Part shown: positions 8,654 through 19,253 of the stretch, piece after piece
Numbering within the stretch: position 1 is the stretch's first letter
Layout of the letters: every line of letters starts with the position of its first letter
Assembly: GCA_050251055.1 (NCBI GenBank)
Contig: JBFWNL010000001.1
Location: 395,825 to 459,824, forward strand
Length of the DNA: 64,000 nucleotides
Direction of reading: 5' to 3'
Origin: Bacteriovoracia bacterium
GTDB taxonomy: Bacteria > Bdellovibrionota > UBA1018 > JBFWNL01
Notes under the pieces: model-generated
The model's input: only the letters and a program-made list of their open reading frames with translations
Told to the model about the DNA's origin: nothing
Database searches by the model: none
Position numbers and translations under genes: made by a program

Positions 8654-9259
8654 ATGGAAACCACTGAACTTCTACAAACGAAGCAAATCGAAGACCGGTT
8701 AGCGGACCTGATCGAGCCGATGCTCGCCCCGCTCGCTTATTCGGTCGTCGCCGTGGAAGTGCAGCTGGGGCGCACGAAGAAGCTTCGTCTTTTCATTGAT
8801 CGTCCCGCCAACGGGATCACCATCGACGACTGCGTGACCGCGTCCCACGCGCTCGACCAACCGCTCGACGCCAATCCGGAGGTCGACGAGATCTTCGCTG
8901 GTCCCTACGAGCTCGAGGTTTCGTCGCCGGGACTGGATCGCCCGCTCCGACGCCCCCAAGATTACCTGCAGTTCGTCGGGTCGCGCGCACGCGTGCAAAC
9001 CGTGCGCACCCTCACCGGTGAAGAGCTTCACAACGAAGCCCACCAGGCAAAGAACCCCAAACAAAAAGTTTTCATCGGCGTCATTGACGGAGTGGAAGGC
9101 CAAGCGGAAAACAAGGCCGTTTGCCTGACCGTCGACAAAAGCAAAGTGCGCCTGCCGATGGGCCTCATCTACAAGGCAAACCTCGACCCAGTGGCGGAAG
9201 CCGCCTCGGGCAAGCACGGTAAGCCAGGAAAGAACACAAGCAAGAAAGGGAAACCTTAG
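8654..9259 (+). CDS. rimP: Ribosome maturation factor RimP
   Basis: LRLFIDR...GITIDDC, YELEVSSPGLDRPL; position upstream of nusA. Confidence 0.96.
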   Translation: METTELLQTKQIEDRLADLIEPMLAPLAYSVVAVEVQLGRTKKLRLFIDRPANGITIDDCVTASHALDQPLDANPEVDEIFAGPYELEVSSPGLDRPLRRPQDYLQFVGSRARVQTVRTLTGEELHNEAHQAKNPKQKVFIGVIDGVEGQAENKAVCLTVDKSKVRLPMGLIYKANLDPVAEAASGKHGKPGKNTSKKGKP

Positions 9260-9260
9260 T

Positions 9261-10718
9261 ATGGCACAAACCATGGGAATGACCGCGACCGAGTTAACCC
9301 GCGTGATCGAAACCGTCGGCAAGGACCGCGGCATCAAGCGCGAAGTCATCATCAGCGCGCTGGAACAGGCGATGCTCACCGCCGCCCAGAAGAAGTTCGG
9401 CCCGAATGCGGTGCTCGAAGCCCACTACAACGAAGAAACCGGCGAAATCGACGTCTTCTTGTTCAAGAAGGTCGTGGATAGCGACGACGACATGCTCGAA
9501 GAGAGCGAAGAAATCAAAATCGAAGACGCCCGCCTGATGGATCCGGAAGCCCAGATCGGCGACGAGCTCGGCATCAAGGTCCCGACGGACTTCGGACGCA
9601 TCGACGCGCAGACTGCCAAGCAGGTGATCTTCCAGAAAGTCCGCGACGCTGAACGCGAAATCGTGTTCAACGAATACATACATCGCAAGGGCGAGATCAT
9701 CACCGGCATCGCCCGCCGGATCGAGCGCGGCAACCTGGTGATCGACCTGGGCAAGACCGACGCGCTCCTCCCCCGCAACCAGATCATCCCCGGCGAGCAG
9801 TTCCGCCCCGGCGATCGCGTGCAGGCGTTCCTCGACGACGTCGTTTCCACAATGCGCGGACCGCAAATTTTCTTGTCGCGTACTTCACCGAAGTACCTGA
9901 TGAAGCTATTTGAGATGGAAGTGCCGGAGATCCGCGACCAGGTCGTGGAAATCAAGGCCTGCGCCCGCGAAGCCGGCGCCCGCTCGAAGATCGCCGTCAT
10001 TTCCAAGGATCGGGACGTCGATCCGGTAGGCGCATGCGTCGGCATGAAAGGCTCACGGGTGCAGACCGTCATCCAGGAGCTCAAGGGTGAAAAGATCGAC
10101 ATCATTCCGTGGTCCGATAACCACGTCATGTTCGTTCGCGCGGCGCTCGCGCCCGCGGAAATCTCGGCCATCAACCTGGACGAGCACGGCGGCGCGATGG
10201 AGATCATCGTGGAAGACGACCAGCTCTCGCTCGCCATCGGCCGCAAGGGACAGAACGTCCGCCTGGCCGCACAGCTCACCGGCTGGCGCTTGGACATTAT
10301 CTCCAAGACCAAGCTCGAGAAGCGCATGCAAGACGCCGTGTTCAACCTGCAGCACATCGAAGGCGTCAACGAGACGCTCGCGCAGGCGATTTACCAAGCC
10401 GGCTTCCTGAACGTGAAGCAAGTGGCCGACGCCGAGATCGCCACCCTTCGTCAGATCCCGGGTTACGACGAGGAAGAAGCGGCCACCCGCCTCAAGGAAC
10501 GCGCGGCCACGGTCATCGAGAAATCGGGCGACCTTCTGGCCAGCAGCCCCGAGAGCGGCGAACCCGCTTCCCAAGGAACCTTCACGGCGGCGCCACGGAT
10601 CATGAAGGACGCGAAGTCCCAAGCCGAAGAGCGGTTGCGTGAGATGTTGAAGACTTCTTCTGATGGCGAAAAAGCCGAAAGCGAAGCCAAGGCCGAAGCC
10701 AGTGAGAAAACCGAGTAA
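9261..10718 (+). CDS. nusA: Transcription termination/antitermination factor NusA
   Basis: FGRIDAQTAKQVI, S1 and KH domains, DPVGACVGMKGSRV, SLAIGRKGQNVRLA, C-terminal HhH-type repeats. Confidence 0.98.
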   Translation: MAQTMGMTATELTRVIETVGKDRGIKREVIISALEQAMLTAAQKKFGPNAVLEAHYNEETGEIDVFLFKKVVDSDDDMLEESEEIKIEDARLMDPEAQIGDELGIKVPTDFGRIDAQTAKQVIFQKVRDAEREIVFNEYIHRKGEIITGIARRIERGNLVIDLGKTDALLPRNQIIPGEQFRPGDRVQAFLDDVVSTMRGPQIFLSRTSPKYLMKLFEMEVPEIRDQVVEIKACAREAGARSKIAVISKDRDVDPVGACVGMKGSRVQTVIQELKGEKIDIIPWSDNHVMFVRAALAPAEISAINLDEHGGAMEIIVEDDQLSLAIGRKGQNVRLAAQLTGWRLDIISKTKLEKRMQDAVFNLQHIEGVNETLAQAIYQAGFLNVKQVADAEIATLRQIPGYDEEEAATRLKERAATVIEKSGDLLASSPESGEPASQGTFTAAPRIMKDAKSQAEERLREMLKTSSDGEKAESEAKAEASEKTE

Positions 10719-10744
10719 GCGAATTGCCACAAGTTGGGGTGACT

Positions 10745-13462
10745 ATGTCTGAAACGGAACCGATGAAGGTTTACGAGCTAGCCAAAGAACTCGGGATGGA
10801 CTCCATCTCGCTGGTCGACAAGCTCAACGGGCTAGGAATCTCGGTGAAGAGCCACATGAGCGCACTCGAGCCGCCCCAAGTTTCGGCGGCGCGTGAAGCG
10901 CTTTCGGTGAAGACCACCAAGGCCAAGACTCCGGCGAAAAAAGCTGGTGCGGTCGTCAAGCGCGCGGCCGCCAGCGGCACCGGAGCCACGGCGGCGGGGG
11001 CCGCCACGACCACCACCACGACGGCCGCCAAGCCGGCGGCCTCTCGCAAGAAGGCCGCCGCTGCCCCGGCTGCCAGCGCATCGCCAATCTTGCGCCGCCG
11101 GACCCAAGAGGAAGCCGGTACCCGCACCACGACCATCGTGGATCACGGCACCCCGGCCACGCCAGCGTCCACCAGCGCACCGGAAACCGCGCCGGAGACG
11201 GAACCCACCTCGACCTCGGAAATCGGCACGGCCGTTGACACGGCGGCGGAAACGTCCTTGGAAGCATCCTCGAACCCGGCCGCCGAAGGCGCTTCGGAAA
11301 CCGCGCCGGCAAGCGCCGCCCCGAGCACCTCCCCGGACGCGGCTGCTGCCCCGGTTGCCGCCCGCCGCAAAATCCTCACCGTGGTGAACCTCGAGGCTCC
11401 GAAACCCAAGCCAAAACCCAAGATCGTCGCGCCTGCCGCGCGCACCACGCCAGCGAACAGCCAAACCCAGACCGATCCGACCGGCAAGGGTGGCAAGATC
11501 ATCAAGATGTCCAAGGAACGCTTGGACAAGATGGCCGAGGAAGAGGCCGCGAAGAAGAAAGCCAATCCGCGCGAGAAGGACGCGATCCGCCCGGAAGACG
11601 TGCGCTTCGCCGACTACCGCAAAAAGGAAGTGGTCTTCCTCCCCCGCAAGAAAAGGGTCCCCGTGGGCAAGGACCTCAAGAGCACCCAGCGCACCGTCGC
11701 CGCCGCCCACAAGCGCGTGGTCGAGATGCAGGACACGATCGCGGTTTCCGACCTCGCCGCCCAGATGGGCGTCAAGGCCAACGAAGTGATCCGTAAGCTC
11801 ATGGGCATGGGCCAGATGGCCACCGTGAACCAAGCCGTCGATCTCGATACCGCTACCCTGGTCGCCAACGAGTTCAAGTTCGAAGTGAAGAGCATCGCGT
11901 TTAAGGAAGAAGCGCTCTTTGACCGCACCGAAGACAAGTCCGAGGACCTCGTGCTGCGTCCGCCGGTGGTCACGATCATGGGCCACGTCGACCACGGCAA
12001 GACCTCGCTCCTCGACGCCATTCGAGACGCCAATGTGGCCTCTGGGGAAGCCGGCGGGATCACCCAGCACATCGGCGCCTACACGATCGAAAAGAACGGG
12101 AAGCTCATCACCTTCATCGATACTCCAGGCCACGAGGCGTTCACCGTCATGCGCGCGCGCGGCGCCAACGTCACCGACATTGTCATCTTAGTCGTGGCGG
12201 CGGACGACGGCGTGATGCCGCAGACGCGCGAGGCGCTCAGTCACGCGCAAGCGGCGAAGGTGCCGATCATCGTCGCCGTCAATAAGATGGACAAGCCCGG
12301 CGCCAACCCCGAGAAAATCAAGCAAGGCTTGGCCGAGTTGAACCTCTTATCCGAAGACTGGGGCGGGGACACCATGTTCATCCCCGTTTCGGCGATCAAG
12401 AAAACGGGGCTCAACGAGCTACTCGAGGCTATCAACCTCAATGCCGAAGTGCTGGAACTCAAAGCCAACCCGAAGCGCCGTGCGAATGGCACCGTGCTCG
12501 AGGCGCGCCTAGAAAAGGGCCGCGGACCGGTGGTGAGCCTGCTCGTGAAGAACGGTACCCTCAGGGTGGGCGAAAACCTCGTGATCGGCGTACAGGCCGG
12601 TCGCGTACGCGCGATGCACAACCACCTCGGGCAGAACGTGAAGGAAGTCACGCCCGGTATGGCCGCGGAAATCTTAGGCATGGAAGGCGTCCCCGGCGCC
12701 GGCGACCGATTCGAAGCGACGGAAAGCGACGGCGATTCGCGCAAGATCATTAGCAACCGCCAGGAACAGCAGCGCGTGAAGGCCGCCTCCACGAGCAAGA
12801 TGAGTCTCGAAGACCTCTTCGCTAAAGTGTCGGCGGGGAACCTGAAAGAACTCAAAGTCATCCTCAAGGCCGACGTGTTCGGTTCCCTGGAAGCGATCCG
12901 CGACAGCTTGACGAAGCTCTCCACCGAAAAGGTGAAGGTATCCGTGATCCAGGCCGCCCCCGGCGGGATCACCGAAAGCGATGTCATGCTCGCCTCCGCC
13001 TCGGAGGCCATCATCGTCGGGTTCAACGTGCGTCCGGAAAACCAGGCTCGGCGCACGGCGGAAAGCGAGAAGGTCGAGATCAAAACCTACACGATCATTT
13101 ACGAGCTCATCGACGACATCAAGCAAGCGATGCTCGGCATGCTCGACAAAAAGAAGGTCGAAAAATTCCTGGGCCGCGCGCAAGTGCGCCAGACTTTCAG
13201 CGTCCCGAAGGTTGGCACGATCGCCGGCTCGAGCGTGGTCGACGGCAAGATCACGCGCAACGCGAATGTTCGCCTGCTCCGCGACAGCGTCATCCTGTAC
13301 GAAGGCAAGCTCAGCTCGCTCAAGCGCTTCAAGGACGACGCCCGCGAGGTGGCCACGGGCTACGAGTGCGGTATCGCGCTGGAAAACTATAATGACGTCA
13401 AGGAAGGCGACGTCATCGAAGCGTACGACGTCGAATTCATCACGCCCGAGTTGACGGTTTAG
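10745..13462 (+). CDS. infB: Translation initiation factor IF-2
   Basis: [11 protein letters not shown]-domain, Ala/Thr/Pro-rich linker, [20 protein letters not shown]. Start refined to MSETEP at 10745. Confidence 0.98.
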   Translation: MSETEPMKVYELAKELGMDSISLVDKLNGLGISVKSHMSALEPPQVSAAREALSVKTTKAKTPAKKAGAVVKRAAASGTGATAAGAATTTTTTAAKPAASRKKAAAAPAASASPILRRRTQEEAGTRTTTIVDHGTPATPASTSAPETAPETEPTSTSEIGTAVDTAAETSLEASSNPAAEGASETAPASAAPSTSPDAAAAPVAARRKILTVVNLEAPKPKPKPKIVAPAARTTPANSQTQTDPTGKGGKIIKMSKERLDKMAEEEAAKKKANPREKDAIRPEDVRFADYRKKEVVFLPRKKRVPVGKDLKSTQRTVAAAHKRVVEMQDTIAVSDLAAQMGVKANEVIRKLMGMGQMATVNQAVDLDTATLVANEFKFEVKSIAFKEEALFDRTEDKSEDLVLRPPVVTIMGHVDHGKTSLLDAIRDANVASGEAGGITQHIGAYTIEKNGKLITFIDTPGHEAFTVMRARGANVTDIVILVVAADDGVMPQTREALSHAQAAKVPIIVAVNKMDKPGANPEKIKQGLAELNLLSEDWGGDTMFIPVSAIKKTGLNELLEAINLNAEVLELKANPKRRANGTVLEARLEKGRGPVVSLLVKNGTLRVGENLVIGVQAGRVRAMHNHLGQNVKEVTPGMAAEILGMEGVPGAGDRFEATESDGDSRKIISNRQEQQRVKAASTSKMSLEDLFAKVSAGNLKELKVILKADVFGSLEAIRDSLTKLSTEKVKVSVIQAAPGGITESDVMLASASEAIIVGFNVRPENQARRTAESEKVEIKTYTIIYELIDDIKQAMLGMLDKKKVEKFLGRAQVRQTFSVPKVGTIAGSSVVDGKITRNANVRLLRDSVILYEGKLSSLKRFKDDAREVATGYECGIALENYNDVKEGDVIEAYDVEFITPELTV

Positions 13463-13479
13463 CGCGAGGGCGGTGAAGT

Positions 13480-13887
13480 ATGCAGCCGACGCGAAAATCC
13501 AGACTTGAATCAGTGATCCTGGAGGAAATCTCCACGCTGGTCGCGCGTGAGTTGCGTGATCCGCGGATTCCCTTGCTCACTTTTACGAAGGCCGTCGTCT
13601 CGGACGATGCGAGCATCGCCACCCTCTATTTCACGATATTGGGCGCCGCCCTCGATACGCCCACGGAAGAGGCGGCCGCCCTCGCGCACGCGCGGGAGCG
13701 GGAAGAAGAGCTGCAGGACTGCCTCGACGGGTTAACTTCGGCCGCGGGTTTTTTGCGCCGACACCTCGCGCGCGCGCTCAACATCCGGCACATTCCCCAG
13801 CTGGTATTCAAGCAAGACAAGGGGCTGGATAACTCCCTGCGCGTTCATGAGTTATTGAACCAGCTTTCCCAGGCCCCAAAAAAGTAA
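13480..13887 (+). CDS. rbfA: Ribosome-binding factor A
   Basis: ELRDPRI, AGFLRRHLARALNIRHIPQLVFKQD; synteny. Confidence 0.95.
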   Translation: MQPTRKSRLESVILEEISTLVARELRDPRIPLLTFTKAVVSDDASIATLYFTILGAALDTPTEEAAALAHAREREEELQDCLDGLTSAAGFLRRHLARALNIRHIPQLVFKQDKGLDNSLRVHELLNQLSQAPKK

Positions 13888-13908
13888 TTCTTTAGGAAGT
13901 AGCACCCG

Positions 13909-14883
13909 ATGCACGGCGCCCTATTGATCGATAAGCCCAAGGACATTACCTCTTTCGGGGTCGTGGATGAAGTGAAGCGCGCGCTGCGCGCCGCGACCGG
14001 CGTCAAGACGCGCGAGCTCCCTAAGATCGGCCACGGCGGTACGCTCGATCCGTTCGCCACGGGCTTGCTCGTCGTACTCGTGGGCCGAGCGGTGAAACTC
14101 GCCCAGTACTTCCTGGGTTCGGATAAAACCTACGAAGGTCGCTTTCGCTTCGGGATCACGACCATTCCCGGCGATCCCACCGAAGAAGTGAGCGAACGCT
14201 GCGAGCATCTGCCCGCAAGCTTGGACGAGCTGCAAGCGCAGGCCCGCTTCCTCACCCGGCAACCCTACCTGCAGACCCCGCCCATGCATTCGGCGAAGAA
14301 GCGCCAGGGCAAGCCCCTTTACGAGCTGGCCCGCGCCGGCATCGAAGTCGAGCGCGAAGCCAAAGCTTGCCAGCTCCATGCCTTCGAGATCTTGGACTAC
14401 ACGCCGCCGGACGCGCCGTTTCGACTCAAGTGTAGCTCCGGGACCTACGTACGCACCCTCGCCCAAGACTTCGGAAGACTCCACGGCACCGTGGCCCTTC
14501 TACAAGATCTGCGGAGGACCGCCTCGGGAAGCTTTCAGATCGAACGGGCCTGGACCCTGGACAGGGTAACCCAGGCCATTTCCGACCGCGGGGGAAAAAA
14601 CCTAGCCGAGTTGGGATGCTTCGTGCCTTTCAACGAGCTGCTCGCGGAGTTCGCGCGCTGCGAGGCTACGCGCGACGAAGCGCGCGCGCTATTTCAGGGC
14701 CGCCAGAACGTGCTGCTCCCGATGCTCCAGCGCTGCGGACGCCTCGCCTCTTCGCTAGCCATTTCACCCACTTCGGAAGAAGAGCTCCGCCACCTCGCGG
14801 TCTATTGCGAGCAAAATCTCATCGCCGTGCTCAAACGAGAGCCCCAGGCGGGCTGGAGCCTGGAAAAGGTTTTCGCGGATTGA
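13909..14883 (+). CDS. truB: tRNA pseudouridine(55) synthase
   Basis: IDKPKDITSF, KIGHGGTLDPFATG, QTPPMHSAKK, CSSGTYVRTLA. Confidence 0.97.
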   Translation: MHGALLIDKPKDITSFGVVDEVKRALRAATGVKTRELPKIGHGGTLDPFATGLLVVLVGRAVKLAQYFLGSDKTYEGRFRFGITTIPGDPTEEVSERCEHLPASLDELQAQARFLTRQPYLQTPPMHSAKKRQGKPLYELARAGIEVEREAKACQLHAFEILDYTPPDAPFRLKCSSGTYVRTLAQDFGRLHGTVALLQDLRRTASGSFQIERAWTLDRVTQAISDRGGKNLAELGCFVPFNELLAEFARCEATRDEARALFQGRQNVLLPMLQRCGRLASSLAISPTSEEELRHLAVYCEQNLIAVLKREPQAGWSLEKVFAD

Positions 14884-14884
14884 T

Positions 14885-16048
14885 CTAGTTAGGGCGCTGA
14901 CCCGCACCCGTAAGGCTTGAACTGCCGCTTCCACCCTCGCTAGGCCCGCGGTTTTGGTTCTGGTTTCCCATGGAATTCGCTAAATCCCGGTCGCTCATCG
15001 CGGTGGCGTCTTCATCATTAGCCGTGAAGATCACGTTTTCCCTCACGCAGCTCGACCAGTGCCGGGCGATGTCCGTGTAATCGAAAACCAATTGAAAGCG
15101 AAGCCGCTCGTTCGTGCTCGCGCGCAGGAAGTTGAGGCTGAGGACAAACCGGACTTTCAAGGCCGGAGGGAAGGTAAACCGTATACACACCCGCCCCTGC
15201 GGATCCACCATGCGAGTCCCGCCCTCGAAGCGCCCCGTCAGCGGATTGTAGTAAGTGCTAAAGCCCTTGTGGCTGTAGCTTCCGAGGGTAAGCCCGCCTC
15301 CCGTCCCCGATTCCAGATCGGAGTTCTGCAAAAGCTCATTATTCGAGGAGACAGGTGTCGTGGGGAGGCTGGGACCGTCGCTCCGGTGTCCGAAGAACTG
15401 GCAAAGGGATCGTGCGGAGGCCGTGGACGGCAGGCCGGTTTGAAAGAGATCGATAAACTCATCGCGGCAAAGCCTCGCCAGCGACGGGCCGGAAATCGCG
15501 AATTGGGGCGCGCTGAGTCGGCGGATGCGGACGAAACTCTCCGCATCTTCCAAGGAAGTCTGGTGACCACTACTGTAATCCACCGGGACGTCAAATCCCT
15601 CAAGCCAGGTAAACCCAAAACGCCCGTACTCGTCCTGAACTTGGGCCACCGCAATGCCGCCCATGTCGATTTGTATTACCTCCTCCGATGGCGTGCCTAG
15701 ATCCAGAAGCGAACCGGAGTTGATGGGCGGGGCTCCCAAGATCGGGCTGCGCGGTACGCCAGAGTTGTTTCCGCCCGACGATGCACTCGCCAAGCTTTCC
15801 GGCGCGAAGGAAAGATTTAATCGATCGATGTCGGCTGCGGCCTGGTCATCCAAGGTCAGCAATGCCTGCTCGCCGGGAAGCAATACACTGCGATCCAGGC
15901 CCACCGTTAGCGCGGAGGTCGTCACGTAACTAGGCGCCCAGTTACGGCCGGCGTTGAGGGCGGAAAGACCGGAGCAACCGGCCAGCAAAAGTGCAGGCCC
16001 CGCCAACAGAATGAACGCATGTCTATGCAAAACGTTCGGCCGATTCAT
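14885..16048 (-). CDS. Unknown lipoprotein, tandem paralog A
   Basis: Lipobox LLAGC; shares extensive blocks with 16052..17191. Confidence 0.75.
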   Translation of the reverse strand: MNRPNVLHRHAFILLAGPALLLAGCSGLSALNAGRNWAPSYVTTSALTVGLDRSVLLPGEQALLTLDDQAAADIDRLNLSFAPESLASASSGGNNSGVPRSPILGAPPINSGSLLDLGTPSEEVIQIDMGGIAVAQVQDEYGRFGFTWLEGFDVPVDYSSGHQTSLEDAESFVRIRRLSAPQFAISGPSLARLCRDEFIDLFQTGLPSTASARSLCQFFGHRSDGPSLPTTPVSSNNELLQNSDLESGTGGGLTLGSYSHKGFSTYYNPLTGRFEGGTRMVDPQGRVCIRFTFPPALKVRFVLSLNFLRASTNERLRFQLVFDYTDIARHWSSCVRENVIFTANDEDATAMSDRDLANSMGNQNQNRGPSEGGSGSSSLTGAGQRPN

Positions 16049-16051
16049 GTT

Positions 16052-17191
16052 TTAATTTCGTGAATTACCAGTGGAAGCGGTCGTGCCCGTCATTGAAGCG
16101 CCGCTACCCCCACCCCGAGTGCCGTCGTTAGTTCCGAGCCGGTTATCCAAGCTTTGGTCGCTAATGGCGTTGGCATCGGCATCCGAAGCGGTATACATCA
16201 TATTTCCCGCCGAGCACTGCGCCCAGTTCCGAACGGGATCGGTGTAGTCAAAGAAGATATCGAACGTCATCCGTTCGTTTGTGGAAGAACGCATGAAACT
16301 TAAAGTTAACTTGAACCGAATTTTGAGATCTAGAGGCACACTGTAAACTAAGCAGGCAAGATGTCCGTTTTCGTCCGCCATGCGACCGGCTATCTCCGCC
16401 CGACCGGTAAAAGGGTTTGTGTAGTAATGAAACGTCTTGCCGTTGACATTCTGAGATAGGATCGGTTCCGGAAGGCTAGGCACGTTGTTTGGATCGCCGT
16501 GCCCAAAGAATGCACATAGGCGACGCGCCGAAAGCCGATTCGGCAAACCAAACTGCAGAAGCCCAATGTGCTGCTCGCTGCAAAATCTTGCCAGCGAAGG
16601 CCCGCCGATTGAAAACTGCGTTGAACTGAGACGACGAACACGCAAAAACGATTCGGCGTCCGACTGCGAACCTTCATGAGCGTAGGTAGAAACTGGACTG
16701 GTACCTACGATCCCCGCCATTTGCGCGCGAAGAATTTCCTCTTCGTCTGCTTCTCCCTTGCTCAACCGCAGGAGCACTTGAAACAACTCGTCGCCCGTAA
16801 GCGGGCTACGACCGCCTGGTCGTACGAAACCTAGTGAATCGGATGGATGGAAAAAACTATCGACAAATGCCTTAAATTCACCGACGTCAATTTCACGAGA
16901 AGGCGAATTGCGGTCGCTAGTATGACCAAGGCTCGACTGGGTTTGAATATGTTCCGGTAAGAAAAATACGTTCAGGGTATTGATGTCCTGGGCGGCGCGC
17001 TCATCCAGGGTTAACACCGCCTGCTCTCCAGGCAGGAGAATACTGCGATCCAGGCCGACTGAAAGCGCCGACGTGGTAACGTAGTTCGGGGTCAGATTCC
17101 GACCCGCACTCAAGGTAGAAAGCCCACACCCACTCGCCGCGCTCAGCGCGAGCAGAATCAGAGCTGATCTTTGTGCACCTACGTTCCGCAT
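16052..17191 (-). CDS. Unknown lipoprotein, tandem paralog B
   Basis: Lipobox-like ASGC; paralog of 14885..16048. Confidence 0.75.
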   Translation of the reverse strand: MRNVGAQRSALILLALSAASGCGLSTLSAGRNLTPNYVTTSALSVGLDRSILLPGEQAVLTLDERAAQDINTLNVFFLPEHIQTQSSLGHTSDRNSPSREIDVGEFKAFVDSFFHPSDSLGFVRPGGRSPLTGDELFQVLLRLSKGEADEEEILRAQMAGIVGTSPVSTYAHEGSQSDAESFLRVRRLSSTQFSIGGPSLARFCSEQHIGLLQFGLPNRLSARRLCAFFGHGDPNNVPSLPEPILSQNVNGKTFHYYTNPFTGRAEIAGRMADENGHLACLVYSVPLDLKIRFKLTLSFMRSSTNERMTFDIFFDYTDPVRNWAQCSAGNMMYTASDADANAISDQSLDNRLGTNDGTRGGGSGASMTGTTASTGNSRN

Positions 17192-17199
17192 ACCCTTCC

Positions 17200-17228
17200 A
17201 TTTTAGAAAAAATGGGCGAAGTTCTCAA
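17200..17228 (-). promoter_or_regulatory. sigma70 promoter TTGAGA-N17-TAAAAT, 8 nt before ATG of lipoprotein B
   Basis: 5/6 and 5/6 consensus matches with 17-nt spacing. Confidence 0.65.
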
Positions 17229-17256
17229 CTCGTCGAGTTATCAAAAAATCAATTAA

Positions 17257-17269
17257 AATCAATAATTTA
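17257..17269 (+). promoter_or_regulatory. IHF-binding site
   Basis: AATCAATAATTTA matches WATCAANNNNTTR exactly, in an AT-rich tract. Confidence 0.5.
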
Positions 17270-17414
17270 AATGTACACTAAAGAATTCCTTAACATTCTG
17301 CATCCCATCCCACCCCCTCCCCTGGCGACACCGCACCTTGTATTTTTTTCTGAGCCTGACTTGGCCGCACGGAGCCGGGAGGGAAAAAACCAATCTTTCC
17401 GCGAAGCCTTACCG

Positions 17415-17430
17415 TGGCCTGCCCCTTGCT
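17415..17430 (+). promoter_or_regulatory. sigma54 -24/-12 promoter for the M4 peptidase
   Basis: TGGCCTG-CCCC-TTGCT (GG-N10-GC). Confidence 0.55.
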
Positions 17431-17531
17431 TTACTGAGCAATGGGGGGACGATGCCAGTTCAGGGAATTTGAACTTGGCGCGAACCAAATACAGTCTGAC
17501 TGAACTGCACGGCCCAAGGAGAGGGGGACGC

Positions 17532-19172
17532 ATGGATACTCGCGTGGTTTGCAGGGATTCGTTTTTTCTATTCATCGTGATGAATTTGGCGATTCTAATG
17601 TCGCCGCTACTAGAAGGAGCTCGCGCGGACGAAGGCATGACCGCGCTAAAGCTCGGAAAGTCGCGGGGCGCGCTCGAGGCGCTGGCGGGAATTGGCGCCC
17701 TGAATCTAGAGCTGAACCTAGAGAAGGTCAGCGCCATGAAACTTCTGATGAGAGGCTCAGCTAAGTCGGCCCTGAAGGCCGAGCAGCTCATCGCGGGCGA
17801 CGAAATCATCACGAGCCGGTTCCAACAGGAGTTCGATGGCCTGGAAGTGATCGGCGGCTTCGCCCTTCACCAACGCCGGGTGGGCGAAGCCTCGCTCCTG
17901 GGTCTCTCGATGCCTGGAACCGAGCTGGTGCTGGATCGTACGGCCCGCTTTGATCTGAACACGCAGGCAGGACTCTCTGAGAGTGAATCGGTCGCGATCG
18001 CGCTTTCGTTCGCGGCCGCGCCCGGAGAAGTCCGCGACCTGGCGGCTAAACCCAGCTTGAAAATCCTACCCAGTGAAGACCGCACGTCCGCGCAGCTCAT
18101 TTACTGGGTTCCGGTGGCCGCGGTGGCCGACGACGGCGCGCACGACCTTTTGATCGACGCCCATACCGGACAAGTAATCGCCGACCTCACGCACCGCATG
18201 GACTTCGCGCGTCCGCGCCGCAAACCCAAACCGGTTCCGGCGCCCGCACCCACGCCCGTGCCTACGCCAAAGCCCAGCCCGTCACCGACTCCGACCCCGA
18301 CGGAGCCGGACCTGGCGATCATCGAAGTTTACGATGCTAATAATGCCTCTCCAAACGACATCGTACTGAGTCGCTACGAGCAGGTCGTGAGCAATGGGCG
18401 CGCTAGCCCGCGCGCCGATCAAAGCGCAAAGAATGCCTTGGCCAACGCCCAGGCGACGCTCAAGTTTCTGCGCACGGCCCTCGGACGCGAAAGTTACGAC
18501 GGCAAGGGAAGCTCCGCGCGCAGCCTCGTGCATATGGGTACGAGCTACGCCAACGCCTTTTGGGACTCCGATTTGAAGATCATGGCCTACGGCGATGGGG
18601 ACGGCGTCACGCTCAAAGACATGACGTTGGGCTTGGATGTCGCCGGCCACGAAATGACCCACGGAATGGTCTCGGCGACGGCGAACCTCATCTACATGGG
18701 GGAATCGGGCGCCATGAACGAGGCCATTGCCGACTTCTTCGGGGAAATGGTCGAAGGCACGGTCCGCACGAACGACTGGGTGATGGGGCGCGAGCTCTTC
18801 ATCGACGCCCAGGGCGGCGCGAACGGCGTGCGTAACGTCAAGGATCCGCACGCGAAGAAAGCCTCGGGCGATAAACCTTACCCGAAGCATTACAGCGAGC
18901 GTTTCACCACCACCAGCACCTGCTGGATGGGGAACGACAACTGCTTCGTTCACTTGAATTCGACGATTTTCAGTCACGCCGCCTACCTACTGACCGAGAA
19001 GGTCGGCCGGGCCGTGACCCAGAAGTTGATCTACACGACTTTGACCCAGTTCCTCACAACGCGCTCGGGCTTCCGCGAAGCGGGCTCTTCCGTCCGTCAG
19101 GCCTGTCAACTGCTGAACAACTCGAACGTTTGCTCTCAGGTGGATCAAGTTCTCTCAGGGGTAGGCATCTAA
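17532..19172 (+). CDS. M4 (thermolysin-family) zinc metallopeptidase with propeptide and Pro/Thr linker
   Basis: SD AGGAGAGG; NAFW, YGDGDG, HEMTH, GAMNEAIAD, VHLNS. Confidence 0.93.
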   Translation: MDTRVVCRDSFFLFIVMNLAILMSPLLEGARADEGMTALKLGKSRGALEALAGIGALNLELNLEKVSAMKLLMRGSAKSALKAEQLIAGDEIITSRFQQEFDGLEVIGGFALHQRRVGEASLLGLSMPGTELVLDRTARFDLNTQAGLSESESVAIALSFAAAPGEVRDLAAKPSLKILPSEDRTSAQLIYWVPVAAVADDGAHDLLIDAHTGQVIADLTHRMDFARPRRKPKPVPAPAPTPVPTPKPSPSPTPTPTEPDLAIIEVYDANNASPNDIVLSRYEQVVSNGRASPRADQSAKNALANAQATLKFLRTALGRESYDGKGSSARSLVHMGTSYANAFWDSDLKIMAYGDGDGVTLKDMTLGLDVAGHEMTHGMVSATANLIYMGESGAMNEAIADFFGEMVEGTVRTNDWVMGRELFIDAQGGANGVRNVKDPHAKKASGDKPYPKHYSERFTTTSTCWMGNDNCFVHLNSTIFSHAAYLLTEKVGRAVTQKLIYTTLTQFLTTRSGFREAGSSVRQACQLLNNSNVCSQVDQVLSGVGI

Positions 19173-19209
19173 GCTTCAACTCTTAGGTCGCCTTTCCCGA
19201 CGAGACGGG

Positions 19210-19253
19210 AGGCCGGCAACAACGGAGCGCACGTTGCCGGCCTTTCCTTTTTT
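19210..19253 (+). terminator. Intrinsic terminator after the M4 peptidase
   Basis: AGGCCGGCAAC / GTTGCCGGCCT stem followed by a T-rich tail. Confidence 0.65.

Noticed and set aside
10718-10745. Absence of ylxR between nusA and infB
   Set aside because: Common lineage variation; not informative
10920-11500. Low-complexity repeats in infB
   Set aside because: Ordinary Ala/Thr/Pro-rich IF-2 linker, not a DNA repeat array
9294-13356. Long antisense ORFs over nusA and infB (e.g. 9425..10369, 10832..12133, 12241..13083)
   Set aside because: Shadow ORFs expected from high-GC3 codon bias opposite conserved genes; no motifs or RBS
14885-17191. Diversity-generating retroelement or inversion explanation for the paralog pair
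   Set aside because: No reverse transcriptase or recombinase; divergence is not adenine-specific and shared DNA identity is short
17271-17531. N-terminal extension of the M4 ORF
   Set aside because: Runs through promoter elements; the SD and signal peptide fit a start at 17532
18210-18305. Short CCG/ACG-rich repeats as a possible CRISPR or VNTR
   Set aside because: Encodes a Pro/Thr linker; no constant repeat-spacer periodicity and no cas genes
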